NCBI RefSeq assembly: GCF_026571515.1 | Contig: NW_026860351.1 | Span: 1 to 64,000 of the forward strand | Reading direction: 5' to 3' | Length of the DNA stretch: 64,000 bases | Source of the DNA: Ruditapes philippinarum | Lineage: Eukaryota | In this document: positions 13,471 to 26,100 of the stretch, in pieces | How positions within the stretch are numbered: position 1 is the first letter of the stretch | How the letters are laid out: each line of letters opens with the position of its first letter | Made by a program: the position numbers and the translations under genes | Notes under the pieces: generated by a model | Told to the model about the DNA's origin: nothing | The model's database searches: none | What the model saw: only the letters and a program-made list of their open reading frames with translations

Positions 13471-16400
13471 ACTCATTTTTTTTCAAATTGTTTAAGTCAA
13501 TGAACATTGGATCGAATATCAGTGTTGCAATTAGTCTTATAGCCATTCTACTACAATTAAAACGCTGGAAAGCATTGGTGGCACTATACAAAAACAAATT
13601 GTTTTATAATCTCACAACCTTCACCTTTCTGATATTCTGAAACCCAAACAAATTCAGCGCCTTCTGTGCTTTGATTAAAAAAGGGAAATTAAAACAGCTT
13701 CCTATAACAGAACATTATTCCGTCGACTTAAAACCGTTTATAAATTATAATTGTAAATGTAGAACACTCAAGTTTGCCAATAATATAAGTGGTATAAAAC
13801 TACTAGAAAATAATCAGATTGAAATGTATCTTAACCGATAAAAAATTGAATTATAAGATGTCTTTCCGAAGCTTTGTAAAAAATAAAACTGTAATACTGG
13901 TCTGTTAATTCGATGTCCGTCCCAGTCATAGTAGCTGCGTTGAAAAGGTTATGATTAAGGAATAATACATTGTTTCAGCGGTGTTTATCGGCTATTTAAC
14001 ACCGGTTTGGAGTTTTGATGCGTAGAAATTGACCACGAAGGCAATAGGTTGTGAAAACTATCTTATAGAGGTAGAAGAAAAAAACAACAACTGAATCTAA
14101 CGAGTCTCGAATCTAACTAATATATATTGGCAGTTTAACACCGGTTTCGTTGTGTATAGTGACACAACCACGAATGTATTGTTCAAACTGTCCTGACTGA
14201 TGAAATGATGTTACCGTGATTGTGAAAATGTTATTGTATCTAACTAGCTCACTTGTATCTCGGTTTTGAAAATCTGCTATCTCATCTAAGATTGTCTTCT
14301 TATAATTCTTCCCTCTTAAAATATCTCATTAAGGCAATAAGCCTATGTACATATACATGTATACATAACTCCAAAAGGACATGGTATTTTAACAGGGCAT
14401 TTGTTTTTAAGATAGTTGATGTCTATCCGATAAATAGTAGCAGCTGAAGTATATGTTTATATTCTACTTGCATATATTGACATGAATATTGCTAATCATT
14501 TAAATACGTTTATTTCTCATGTTGGTATCGATTAATTGCGGACCAAACATAAATGTTCACACAAAAATGTGAACTGAAAACAGAATTCAATTTCAACAAT
14601 TCAGTGAGTATGTGTTGTATGTGACTTCAAATTAATATGAATAGAAAGCTAAAATATAACAACAACCAGAACTCTGAATATTTTTCATGCTTAAAAGATA
14701 TCGTCTTAATCGTATTCTTTATTTAGTTATCTTTGTATCGTCTTTATGAAGCATTGTATTTCTTTAAATAGTTGTATCTTGCTTTAAATCATACGCTTAA
14801 CCGTATATCTGACTGATTGAAGTACATGTACAATCACTATATAAATGCCGTTATGTACTGTAATGGAATTGTATCGTAATGTGTTCTATTGTGTTATCGT
14901 TTCTCAAAACTAGTGTCCAGTAACAAATTTACCTCTGCACTCTTTTATCTTTATATTTAAACCAAAGCGCACGTATAAACAATTCATCTAAATTAACGCC
15001 AGCGCAGTAGGCATGACGATAGTCTCAAATGAAGAAGACAACGGAACATGTTTGAGGATAGTTTGATTTAGTGTATTTCATGTACAATGTAGTTGATCTA
15101 CACGCTCTTTAAGTTAAAAGGAGAAAATAAGAATCCCTACAGAAAACGGAAGTCAATAATACTTTATATAATTCTACACAATCTGTAAAAGATACCTTTA
15201 TAAAAGATATTCAAATATGTTACATATGCTAGCATGTCTATTTTTCTTTGAGTGTAAGACACTTAATGAGATTTGCATTTCTCTTTCTCCTATAAGAATG
15301 TTAGACGTAATAATACTTTGTGAAATGTCTATTTATCGAGATAAATGAGAAAAATACTGATTCTATAAATGACACATTTATTCATATGACACATGCAAAT
15401 AATGTATCATCTTTCCTTGTAAAGAAGATGAAGTTACAAATTCTATTTGCATGACTTTAAAACTGAAACATTAGAAAGGTACGATTAAAACGCTGATGTT
15501 TAATAAACATCAATACTTCACAGTCTGGCTTAAACCTTTTGTTTGTGACTATGACATTCCATTGGTATAAGGTTGTTCATCACTGATTTAATGTAAAGTT
15601 GTAAAATATAGATCTAGGTTTATAGATCGGATACTTAACTAGCTTATTATCGTTATAGGACACTATTTCATGGTCTTAAACCGTATGCACAATATAGTAA
15701 AACTTTAGAATTGTAGAACTTTCAAGTCGCTATGATTTCCACTATGATAATGGGCACAGAAACGACTAGACAAAATCCGATTGAAATGCGATTGAAATAA
15801 TTTACTACCCCTTTACCGTTAACAAAACGTAAGTCCGCGTATTTAAATCGTTTGTTCGTAACGGTGATATAAAGCATTGTATTGCATTGTATTGTGCGGT
15901 GTTGTCATTTACTGTCATTGACGGGCTCCTTGTAGACCGCTATTAACGCACGCGTTTTAACTGACTGGCTACACTACATTTATTACATGTTAACATCGTA
16001 TCTGACCGGTTATCATTCTATTCTATATCTTGAAAAGACTAAAGTGGTAAAAGCTTTGTATAACTATTTAAGCTTTCTGTTAAGCTTCCACTACTGTACA
16101 TGTGAAACTCTGTTTTATCACAATGTTAAAATTGTATCGTTTGAACTTCTTTTGAGTCTGTTAATACTTTCACCACATGTAACGAATTATGTCGTTATTT
16201 TGCTCAATCGTATTGGATCGGTGTTAAACTGCTGATATATGTCGCTTTAACAATTCTTCTTTTTGGCATTCGTCTCCGTATTTAGACAGGGCATTAACAA
16301 CACGTGCACATATTTGTATGAATTTAAAAGGAATTTATTATTGCGTGGCAGCGAAAATACTTTTTTGTTTGTGTATTAAAGAATGAAAGTAACAGGAAAA

Positions 16401-17142
16401 ATTCAACTTATATAAATGTATATGAATTATGCAGCATATTTTCTAGATACGTATTCAGAATTCGGCTGAATATATTAACCTTTCATCCAATTCGTATTCG
16501 TTACTATTTAGATCATGTAATCGTTTATACTTGAAATAATACGTTATCGTTATCTATATGGAACTAATCCGTATACGTTCACATATTTTTGAAGCGTATG
16601 CTTACGCTATAAATAATCCCCATAACGCGTACTTGCTTTATTAGCAATACAGTGTCTCATATGCAGTATTGTAAATTGTATAGTTATGTATTATTTTGTA
16701 TTGTATTGTGTTGTAGTGTATTGTCGTTTACTGTCATTGTCGGCTCCCTGTTGGCCACTTTGACGCATGCGTTTTAAGTGACCGATTTCACTACATTTAA
16801 TGCATGTTAACATTTCGTATCTAACCGTTTTTTTGTATTTTCTGATCGCAGATCAGGACAATCTTAACAACAAAAGTAGTTCTCAAAACAGCTTAAAACT
16901 AGCGATGTAAAAGAAAGAAATATTTTTATTTTGTTACAAGTATCAAAGAAATTATAACACATTCAGTAGTGAGTAGTGAAATTTTATATGCATGTCGGAA
17001 GATTTTCGCAAAATTATTTACACCAGTGTTAAACAACAGGTTTACCGACCCGGTTTACCGTGAAGAAAATGTTTCGAAATTGATAAGGATTACGAACCCT
17101 AATGGAAATCATTTGGTTTTTTTCAGAGTTTTTTCTTATTAC

Positions 17143-17207
17143 TTCCCCGTGGTTCAGGGGTAATATGCTCGTTTAGGAAGTTTTGTGTTCAAATCCCAGT
17201 CAAGGCA
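17143..17207 (+). pseudogene. tRNA-Pro(AGG)-like degenerate copy
   Basis: GTGGTTCAGGGGTAATATGCTCGTTTAGGAAG..GTTCAAATCCC resembles the eukaryotic tRNA-Pro D-arm, anticodon and B-box; 3' side of the anticodon stem is deleted. Confidence 0.5.
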
Positions 17208-18117
17208 ACTAATTTTTTAAGTGTCTTTTTAGCGATTTTAACATTGTGTCTCAAGGAATAAGCCACGATATGCAAAGATAGAGTGTGAATGCCATAAAAA
17301 ATACATAAATGATTTCGATTTCTTTAGAAGTTATTATAGATAAGATAATAGCCGAGGACGTTCCGATTGGCTTAGCAGTTGTACTTTATTTAATTGTTAA
17401 AAGTAAATGGCATAACCACAAGGGTTTTATTTCATATTTTAAAGAAAACCCGTGTTTGTTTATTGGGTAGTCTACTGTTGTAGACATCTTTCTAGATATC
17501 TATTTGAAGTCAAGACGTAACATTACTGTTTATATACGACGATGATACCTTACAAATGACATACATTCATCCACTCTGTCATAGCTAACGATCCGTAACA
17601 CACAAAGACAACAACAATAAATTGACGTTCATTGTTGGCTTATTATACAGAAATCAACATTATCTTTAAAAAAATACAGGTTACTAAAACATAGATATTT
17701 CTTTTAAAATTTTCAAAATTGCACAACAGGAATTTTGCCCTAACTGTTTTTATTTACGGGATAGAAAAGTATTTATGTTTGTGATACTGTTTGTGAGCAG
17801 TTGACCTAGCAATGAATGGAAAGGTGTGGCTAATTGTTCCGCTACGAAAAACCGTTAAGGTCCATTGATTGATCACTACTCTGACCTTTCATTTGATAAC
17901 AATAAGTTTTAAACCAGAAGCATTGACATGTGCTCTTTTGTTAACAAACATGTGGTGAAATTCTTATTGTATCCACTAATCTGATGATAAGAATTAGACA
18001 GGTCAGGGATCTATGCACAAAAACGACTAGACGTAATACGATTGGAATGTTTTATTATTCTATTCCGTTAGCAAATAGAATCTACAAATAGTCTGTTTTC
18101 ATGTTCTAACAATCACG

Positions 18118-18650
18118 ATGAACTCGGATGATTTTGATGATACGTTTACCGCTGAAAATTTGCATGTATTAGACAAAATAGAGCAAAAATCAAACCAAAA
18201 AGTGTTAGAGAAGCTAATTTTACTAGCGAAGAAATTCACCGTCGGTCGGAACTGAAAATGTTCTTCCAACAAAACGCTGTACCTAGTTCGTTACGATGTT
18301 TGGCAGTATGTATGGGTGTTTCATGGCGGGCGTATGACTATATAGAGGAGGACTATCCAAGAAAGTGTCTACTAAGAGTGAATGCCTTGTTTGACATCTG
18401 GTACCCAGTCGCTGACGAAATAGGACAAAGGAACGGGTTGCTGCCTATTCACATATTGGCGTATGTAAAGCATTCAAATCCTTATTATCTTGATCGATCA
18501 CCAAAGGAACAGGGTACGGATTTGACAGAATTCGTAAACAAGAAACTCATTTGTAATGTTATCGAACAGATTAATAGTGTATTACTGAGGAATATGCCCA
18601 AAATTAGAAGAAAAAATGATGTTTGTCCTCAATGTGGTTTCAGCAGGTAA
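18118..18650 (+). CDS. Intronless death-domain-like protein (130-aa ORF at 18258-18650; probable frameshifted N-terminal extension from ATG 18118)
   Basis: LRCLAVCMGVSWRAYDYIEEDYPRKCLLRVNALFDIW fits the death-fold pattern LAxxLG(L/V)SxxxIDxIExDYP...LxxW; C-terminal CPQC; AATAAA at ~18770. Confidence 0.45.
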
Positions 18651-19827
18651 ACGGTTTATGTTCAAGTAAGACCTGCGAATGAATTAAGTTCGTTCATTAA
18701 ATAAGAATGTTGAATCGCAATCGACCTGATATGTCTTGATCATTATGTAGAAAAAACAGTATGAACAACAATAAATTATTTAAAAACGAAAAATAGTTTT
18801 TTTCTTTTTTCCGTTTGCATATTTTATAAAGATCTATAAGTGTTTATGTACGGGGCCATTTTCCAATCGGCTGAGGGCACAAACGACTAGATTAACAACG
18901 ATTAAAACGTTTAGTATTCTTTTCCCGTCTACAGTGTTACAGTGATGAAAGCCTTTAAGTGATACCAAGGTCTCCTCCCAGCGAGTAAGCTTTAATTGAC
19001 GTTTACTATCATTGCGGGGCTCCCTGAAGATGCATTTAATATAATTGATTACACTACAATTCACCTTTCAGATCTTTGTACATTTAAACGTATCGTATCC
19101 GACTGGCTTTCATTCTATTCTATCTTTAGTTCAGACTCTATTATTGAGCATTTGTACTTTTTTTAATTGTTTAAAGTCAATGCTATTACTACAACTATTG
19201 TATTTCCGGGTTTCGCCATTATAAACTTACGTTATAATGATACGTTTAATTTATTTATGGCTGTCATTATACGATCTAACAAAACTCTATTTCATTAAGA
19301 TTTAAACTTCTAAGCATCGCAGATTACACATTTTTGTACATTTTATAAACATAACAATGCGTTTCGTTTTCATCTGAAATGTAGTAAAGTATTGTGAGGT
19401 GACATACGGAACATCACCTAAGGATAAAATAAAATGATAAATATCAATTTGTTAACATGAAGTACAAGACACGTAGAGGTTACTGGTGCTGTTGTGTTGA
19501 GGGGAATAACCTTTTAAAATATCTATTTTCTTCAGAAAAGGAACTTTTCTACATAGCAGCATCTTCGATAATTTTTGTTTAGATCATGCACCTAAACAAA
19601 TCGTATATTTACAAATTTCGCAGACTTAAAGTCGGTGGCATCAGTTCTTAAGTTTGCCTGTTTAAGTAAGAAATCAGTGTGATTAGTTTGTGATAAACTG
19701 GTAAGAATATGCCCGATAGACGTCTTTTATGTAACAGATCTCTTCCTTTATATACCGAAAAAAAAGCGAACTAGAAAATTCATACACGTGCAAATAATAA
19801 TAATTCATGTAAGCTGTTTAAGGAATA

Positions 19828-20788
19828 CAGTAAACTTCACTTATAGCGAACACGGTTATAGCGAACTTCCGGTTATAAGGAACAATTTATTTTGGCCCGA
19901 ATTTCGCCCTTCTTTATTTAATATAAAAATATACGGTTATAGCGAACACGGTTATAAGGAATTATCGCTTATAAGGAACTCATTTCTTAGTCCCAATTTA
20001 GTTAAAAGTGCATAAAATTATACTTTTATAACGAACTCCAAATATCGGCTATCGTAAATATATCCCGCATTTCAACTTTCGTTGAATGTACCGTTTATTG
20101 TTGTATGTAATTCAATATATAAAAATGAATTTGTATAGAAGTATGTAATAGTTTTCTATTTTGGATATTTTTAGCTTGAGTTCTTGTCACAAAGATAAAA
20201 CGGTAATTTCTTTTATTCTATAACTTCTTTTCTTTAATAGTTTTGCTCGAGTAAGATAATTATCGGTTTTCAACATAATCACGCATGCTTGCAAACATAA
20301 TCGATAGAAAACTACAAAGTATGCTTGATTGAAATGAAAAGGAATCTATATATTTCATAAGTTAAAGTCACCCTTAAAATATAATAGAAGATATTCAATA
20401 TAAAAGGAAGAAAAATGGAAAATCTGGTTTATTCTTATTCATTGAAAGAAAACGAAAAGCACTGAGTTAAGAAACAAAATATGATGTTTTATGAAAAATT
20501 GAGAAAGGGAGTAAAACTAAAACTGAAATAGCAAAGAATTTTTTAAATTCCAAAATGTACACTCTCGGGTATTGTGTCTGAAAAAGAAAATAAATGACTA
20601 ATTATTCTAAATCAAATGCTCTTAAAAATGGCGGACGATGTTTAACAATCAGTTCGTTATATGTAAATCTGTTCGCTATAAAAACTCCTGATACAAGGAA
20701 CTAATTCGCTATATGCTTACAAGGAACTCCGGATATAAGGAACAGATTTTGAATGTCCCAATGAGTTCGTTATAAGCGGAGTTTACTG
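19828..20788 (+). mobile_element. pogo/Tigger (Tc1/mariner) internally deleted element
   Basis: TIRs CAGTAAACTTCACTTATAGCGAAC / GTTCGTTATAAGCGGAGTTTACTG with TA TSD on both sides; decayed CENP-B-type HTH remnant (KRKRKALS..EKGSKTKTEIAK..IPKCTLSGI) at ~20445-20575. Confidence 0.85.
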
Positions 20789-20912
20789 TAATAACATTTG
20801 AGACATTTTCATCTTGAATTCACGTGCATTTCATCGTTATTGATATATAATTAAGTCTCATTGATATTATTATCTATTTAGTTATTTTATCAAAAAGACA
20901 TTGTATGTGATG

Positions 20913-21469
20913 TATATAGAAGATATTTGTTTGTTTTGCATGTAAGATTGAAATATAATTTCACTGAGTGAACACCAGATGCAATATTTTCACGAGTGGC
21001 GTAGCCACGAATGAAAATATAATAGCTGGTGTTCACGATGAAATATATTTCAATCTTATATGTAAATCAAATAAATGTTCTTTTTATTTCATGCTTTTTA
21101 AGTGATTTTAAGTATTTTTCACTGATTTTGCCGCATAACGTCGCACATTCTCCTTTGTGACGTCATCACATTATGACGTCACATCATCAATTTTGAAATA
21201 GAGTTCTGTTAAATTTCTCTAATTTTGTTACATTTTTAACATGATGTATGGTGACATCGACTTTCTTTTCCTAAAGAATCACAATTTACGTACATGTATG
21301 ACGGCATTTATTTCTGCCTGTTATTCCATTTAGTAATGATTTTCTTTTCATCCGCATTCGGATATAGTCCGGCTACAGTGAAAATTATATTTTATAAATT
21401 TCACTAGTGGTTTATCAGAATATAATCATCTGATATATTACAATAAAACACTGGAAAGCATGAAATAAA
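20913..21469 (+). mobile_element. Palindromic non-autonomous element (Crypton-like architecture)
   Basis: ~165-bp imperfect hairpin centred on GTGGC-GTA-GCCAC (20996-21008), plus inverted pair TTTATTTCATGCT (21083) / AGCATGAAATAAA (21457); no TSD seen. Confidence 0.55.
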
Positions 21470-21482
21470 TATGAAGAAATAT

Positions 21483-21787
21483 TTTTCTAGATATCCTATT
21501 TGAAGAGACATGATGTAACATTGACATTTACACATGTACTCGTATATGCCGATGATACCTTAAAATGACATATACGTACATGTATTAATCAACTGTGTCC
21601 AACCTTAAAGCGTGGATATAGGTAAAATACCAGTAGCTAACGATCCGCTAAACACAATAAGCAAATTATTGAAAATCTTGATTGGTTGATAATATATAAA
21701 TCAACATGACAGCTTTCTTAAAATTTTCAAAAATGCAGTGCAGAAATGACCCTTACTGTTTTCTTACTTACGGGATAGAAAATGTAT
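21483..21787 (+). repeat. Third, more diverged partial copy of the inner end of the inverted-repeat arm (cf. 17489-17772)
   Basis: Shared TTCTAGATATC, CGATGATACCTTA, TAGCTAACGATCCG, AAAATTTTCAAAA and TTACGGGATAGAAAA in the same order. Confidence 0.75.
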
Positions 21788-22033
21788 ATTTCAGATCTAA
21801 ATGTCAGACATATTTTGCATTAACCGTTCTAAATGTCACTTGAATCATGAATGTTTACGGGAGCAAAATGTATATTGCAGATTAAACGATAACCCTATTG
21901 AATTATGCGTTTGCTTCGTTAATATTTCTGATGTTTCTATTTATTTTATTTATTCGGTTTTGATCATTATCTTTTTATTTAATTCGAAAATATTAATATA
22001 CTATTAAAACTTTTATTTTATAAAGTGCTTCAG

Positions 22034-22187
22034 NNNNNNNNNNNNNNNNNNNNNNNNNNNNNNNNNNNNNNNNNNNNNNNNNNNNNNNNNNNNNNNNNNN
22101 NNNNNNNNNNNNNNNNNNNNNNNNNNNNNNNNNNNNNNNNNNNNNNNNNNNNNNNNNNNNNNNNNNNNNNNNNNNNNNNNNNNNNNN
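22034..22187. other. Assembly gap (run of N)
   Basis: 154 N characters. Confidence 1.
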
Positions 22188-22862
22188 TCCGTAACAAAAG
22201 TGTCCGCTGATTGGTCAATTCCTGCTAGCATTTGAGTTGATTACAATTTAAAATATTTTTCATTATGTTTCAAAACTGGTTGACTTACCAATCTAACAAT
22301 ATCATGGGTGATCTTGCATCACAAAATAAAGAGTTGTTTTAGAGTTTGACATCTAACCCTAACCCTAATCCTGACCCGGTGAAATTTTGATACATAATTG
22401 TTCAGTTATAGGATTTCATGTGTGAAACATTAACTTATCATTTTAGATACATATAGTATATATCTTTTGTATGTACAAGTACATTACAGCGTGCCATAAA
22501 TATAAAAATCAACTTCAATAAAACTAAAATAAAAACAACTAAGTAAAATAAAAATGTATTCATTTCACTTCACTAACCTACCAATTGTTACAATAATAAT
22601 AAAATCCTTATAAGCTGTAAATAATACAGTTACAAAAATAAAGAAAACGAACAACAACAGCATTATTTGACCAATAAGGATTAAAACGATTAAGCCATGA
22701 TACACAATTGACAAAGTGTGAAAATTACGTGAAACTGTTACTGCAGCCATCGATTACCTTTAACTTAGAGAAGCTAACACTATAAATATTTTTTTACTTA
22801 TTAAAAAGAAATAGAAAATTTAATTTACAAATACAATATATATATATCAAATTTCTAAACTA

Positions 22863-23045
22863 TTACTTATTTTGTTTTGCAAATAATATATAGTTTGATA
22901 AATTTAACAGTTGTCTTCTGTTAGCTGGGAACATCAGTCGAATTATTAAGAGCTGAGCACTTTCTCGATAAATTGGGCATACAAGAAGAAAATGATAATC
23001 ATCTTCAACGATATTATCTTGGTTGCAAAATTTAAAATGATTAAA
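22863..23045 (-). mobile_element. LINE (CR1/L2-like) ORF2 C-terminal fragment
   Basis: FCNQDNIVEDDYHFLLVCPIYRE matches the CxxC..EDEYHFLLxCPxY motif. Confidence 0.7.
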
Positions 23046-23103
23046 AGCGCAGATATTCACTATTTAGGTGACATTAGCACGGTTAATGCAAAATTATCTG
23101 ACC

Positions 23104-26100
23104 AAATACTTTTCCATCCCGTAAATAAAAACAGTTAGGGCAAAATTCCTGTTCTGCAATTTTGAAAACTTTATAAGAAATATCTATGTTTTAGTAACCT
23201 GTATTTTTTTAAAGATTATGTTGATTTCTGTATTATAAGCCAATAACGAACTTCAATTTACTGTTGTTGTGTTTGTGTATTACGGATCGTTAGCTATGAC
23301 AGGGTGGATTAATGTATGTCATTTGTAAGGTATCATCGTCGTATATAAATAGTAATGTTACATCTTAATTGTCTTCAAATAGATATCTAGAAAGATGTCT
23401 ATAACAGTAGACTACCCAATAAACAAACACGAGTTTTCTTTAAAATATGAAATAAAACACTTGTAGTAATGCCATTTACTTTTAACAATTAAATAAAGTA
23501 CAACTGCTAAGCCAATCGGAACGTTCTCGGCTATTATCTTATCTATAATAACCTCTAATGAAATCATTTATGTATCTTTTTATGACATTCACACTTTATC
23601 TTTGCATATCGTGGCTTATTCCTTAAGAAAAAATGTTAAAATCGCTAAAAAGACACTTAAAAAAATAGTTGCCTTGACTGGGATTTGAACACAAAACCTC
23701 TTACTTCCTAAACGAGCATATTACCCCTGGATCACGGGGAAGTTATAAGAAAAAAGTCTGAAACAAACCAAATGATTTCTATTAGGGTTCGTAATCCTTA
23801 TTAATTTCGAAACATTTTGTTCACGGTAAACCGGGTCGGTAAACATGTTGTATAACACTGATGTAAATAATTTTGCGAAAATCTTCCGACATGCATATAA
23901 TATTTCACTACTCACTACTGAATGCGTTATAATTCCTTGGATACTTGTAACAAGATAAAAATATTTCTTTCTTTTACATCGCTAGTTTTAAGCTGTTTTG
24001 AGAACTACTTTTTGTTGTTAAGATTGTCCTGATCTGCGATCAGAAAATACAAAAAACCGGTCAGATACGAAATGTTAACATGCATTAAATGTGGTGAAAT
24101 CGGTCACTTAAAACGCATGCGTCAAAGTGGCCTACAGGGAGCCGACAATGACAGTAAACGACAATACAATACAAAATTATACAATACAAAATAATACATA
24201 ACTATACAATTTACAATACTGCATCTGAGACACTGTATTGCTCATAAAGCAAGATACAACGAAAGCTTAAACGATAAAACGATGGGGGACTTTTGAATCC
24301 CTTAGAGTTAAGTAAATATACGCGTTATGGGGATTATTTACAGTTTAAGTGTACGCTTCAAAAATATGTTTCAGGTGAACGTATACAGATTAGTTCCATA
24401 TGGATAACGATAACGTATTTTTTTCAAGTATAAACGATTACATGATCTAAAGAGTAACGAATACGAATTGAATGAAAGGTTGATATATTCAGCCGAATTC
24501 TGAATAGGTATCTAGAAAATATGCTGCGTAATTCATATACAGTTATACAAGTTGAATTTTTCCTGTTACTTTCATTCTTTAAATCACAAACAAAAAAGTA
24601 TAATCGCTGCCATGCAATAATGAATTCCTTTTAAATTCATACAAATATGTGCACGTGTTGTTAATGCCCTGTCTAAATACGGAGACGAATGACAAAAAGA
24701 AGAATTGTTAAAGCGACATATATCAGCAGTTTAACACCGATCCAATACGATTGAGCAAAATAACGACATAATTCGTTACATGTGGTGAAAGTATTAACAG
24801 ACCCAAAAGAAGTTCAAACGATACAGTTTTAACATTGTGATAAAACAGAGTTTCACATGTACAGTAGTGGAAGCTTAACAGAAAGCTTAAATAGTTATAC
24901 AAAGCTTTTACCACTTTAGTCTTTTTAAGATATAGAATAGAATGATAACCGGTCAGATACGATTTAATAGCGGTCTACAAGGAGCCCGTCAATGACAGTA
25001 AATGACAACACCGCACAATACAATGCAATACAATGCTTTATATCACCGTTACGAACAAACAATTTAAATACGCGGACTTACGTTTTGTTAACGGTAAAAG
25101 GATAGTAAATTATTTCAATCGCATTACAATCGGATTTCGTCTAGTCGTTTCTGTGCCCATTATCATAGTGGAAATCATAGCGACTTGAAAGTTCTACAGT
25201 TCTAAAGTTCTACTATATTGTGCATACGGTTTAAGACCATGAAATAGTGTCCTATAACGATAATTAGCTAGTTAAGTATCCGATCTATAAACCAAGATCT
25301 ATATTTTACAACTTTACATTAAATCAGTGATGGATAACCTTATGCCAATAAAATGTCATAGTCACAAACAAAAGGTTTACGCCAGACTGTGAAGTATTGT
25401 TGTTTATTTAACATCAGATTTTTAATCGTACCTCTCTAACGTTTCAGTTTTATAGTCATGCAAATATAATTTGTAACTCCATCTTCTTTACAAGGAAAGA
25501 TGATACATTATTTGCATGTGTCATATGAATAAATGTGTCATTTTCAGAATCAGTATTTTTCTCATTTATCTCGATAAATAGACATTTCATAAAGTATTAT
25601 TACGTCTAACATTCTTATAGGAGAAAGAGAAATGCAAATCTCATCAAGTGTCTTACTTTCAAAGAAAAATAGACATGCTAGCATATGTTACATATTTGAA
25701 TATCTTTAATAAAGGCATCTTTTACAGATTATGTATAATTATATAAAGTATTATTGACTTCCGTTTTCTGTAGGGATTCTTATTTTCTCCTTTTAACTTA
25801 AACGGCGTGTAGATCAACTACTACAATGTACATGAAATACACTAAATCAAACTATCCTCAAACATGTTCCGTTGTCTTTTTCATTTGAGACTATCGTCAT
25901 GCTTACTGCGCTGGCGTTAAGCGTTTAGATGAATTGTTTATACGTGCGCTTTGGTTAAAATATAAAGATAAAAGAGTGCAGAGGTAAATTTGTTACTAGA
26001 CACTGGTTGTTAGAAACGATAACACAATAGAACACAACACGATACAATTCCATTACAGTACATAACGGCATTTACATATTGATTGTACATGTACTTCAAG

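Larger units (their letters stand above)
12782..17774 (+). repeat. Left arm of a large inverted duplication
   Basis: Colinear reverse complement of 23104-27496 from AAAGGCGAGCGTCC to CGGGATAGAAAAGTATTT; carries an extra ~640 bp (~13037-13677). Confidence 0.95.

Noticed and set aside
18834-19064. Minus-strand ORF with a hydrophobic tail, convergent on the death-domain-like ORF
   Set aside because: Could be a terminal exon, but no upstream exons or motif support it.
22013-22231. ORFs spanning the N run
   Set aside because: Artefacts of the assembly gap.
22354-22372. TAACCCTAACCCTAATCC telomere-like motif
   Set aside because: Only 2-3 units; common inside small repeats and not evidence of a telomere.
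15987-24914. Duplicated small ORFs (15987/24723 and 16969/23721) suggesting conserved genes
   Set aside because: Their similarity is explained by the inverted duplication; they have no recognisable motifs and mostly non-ATG starts.
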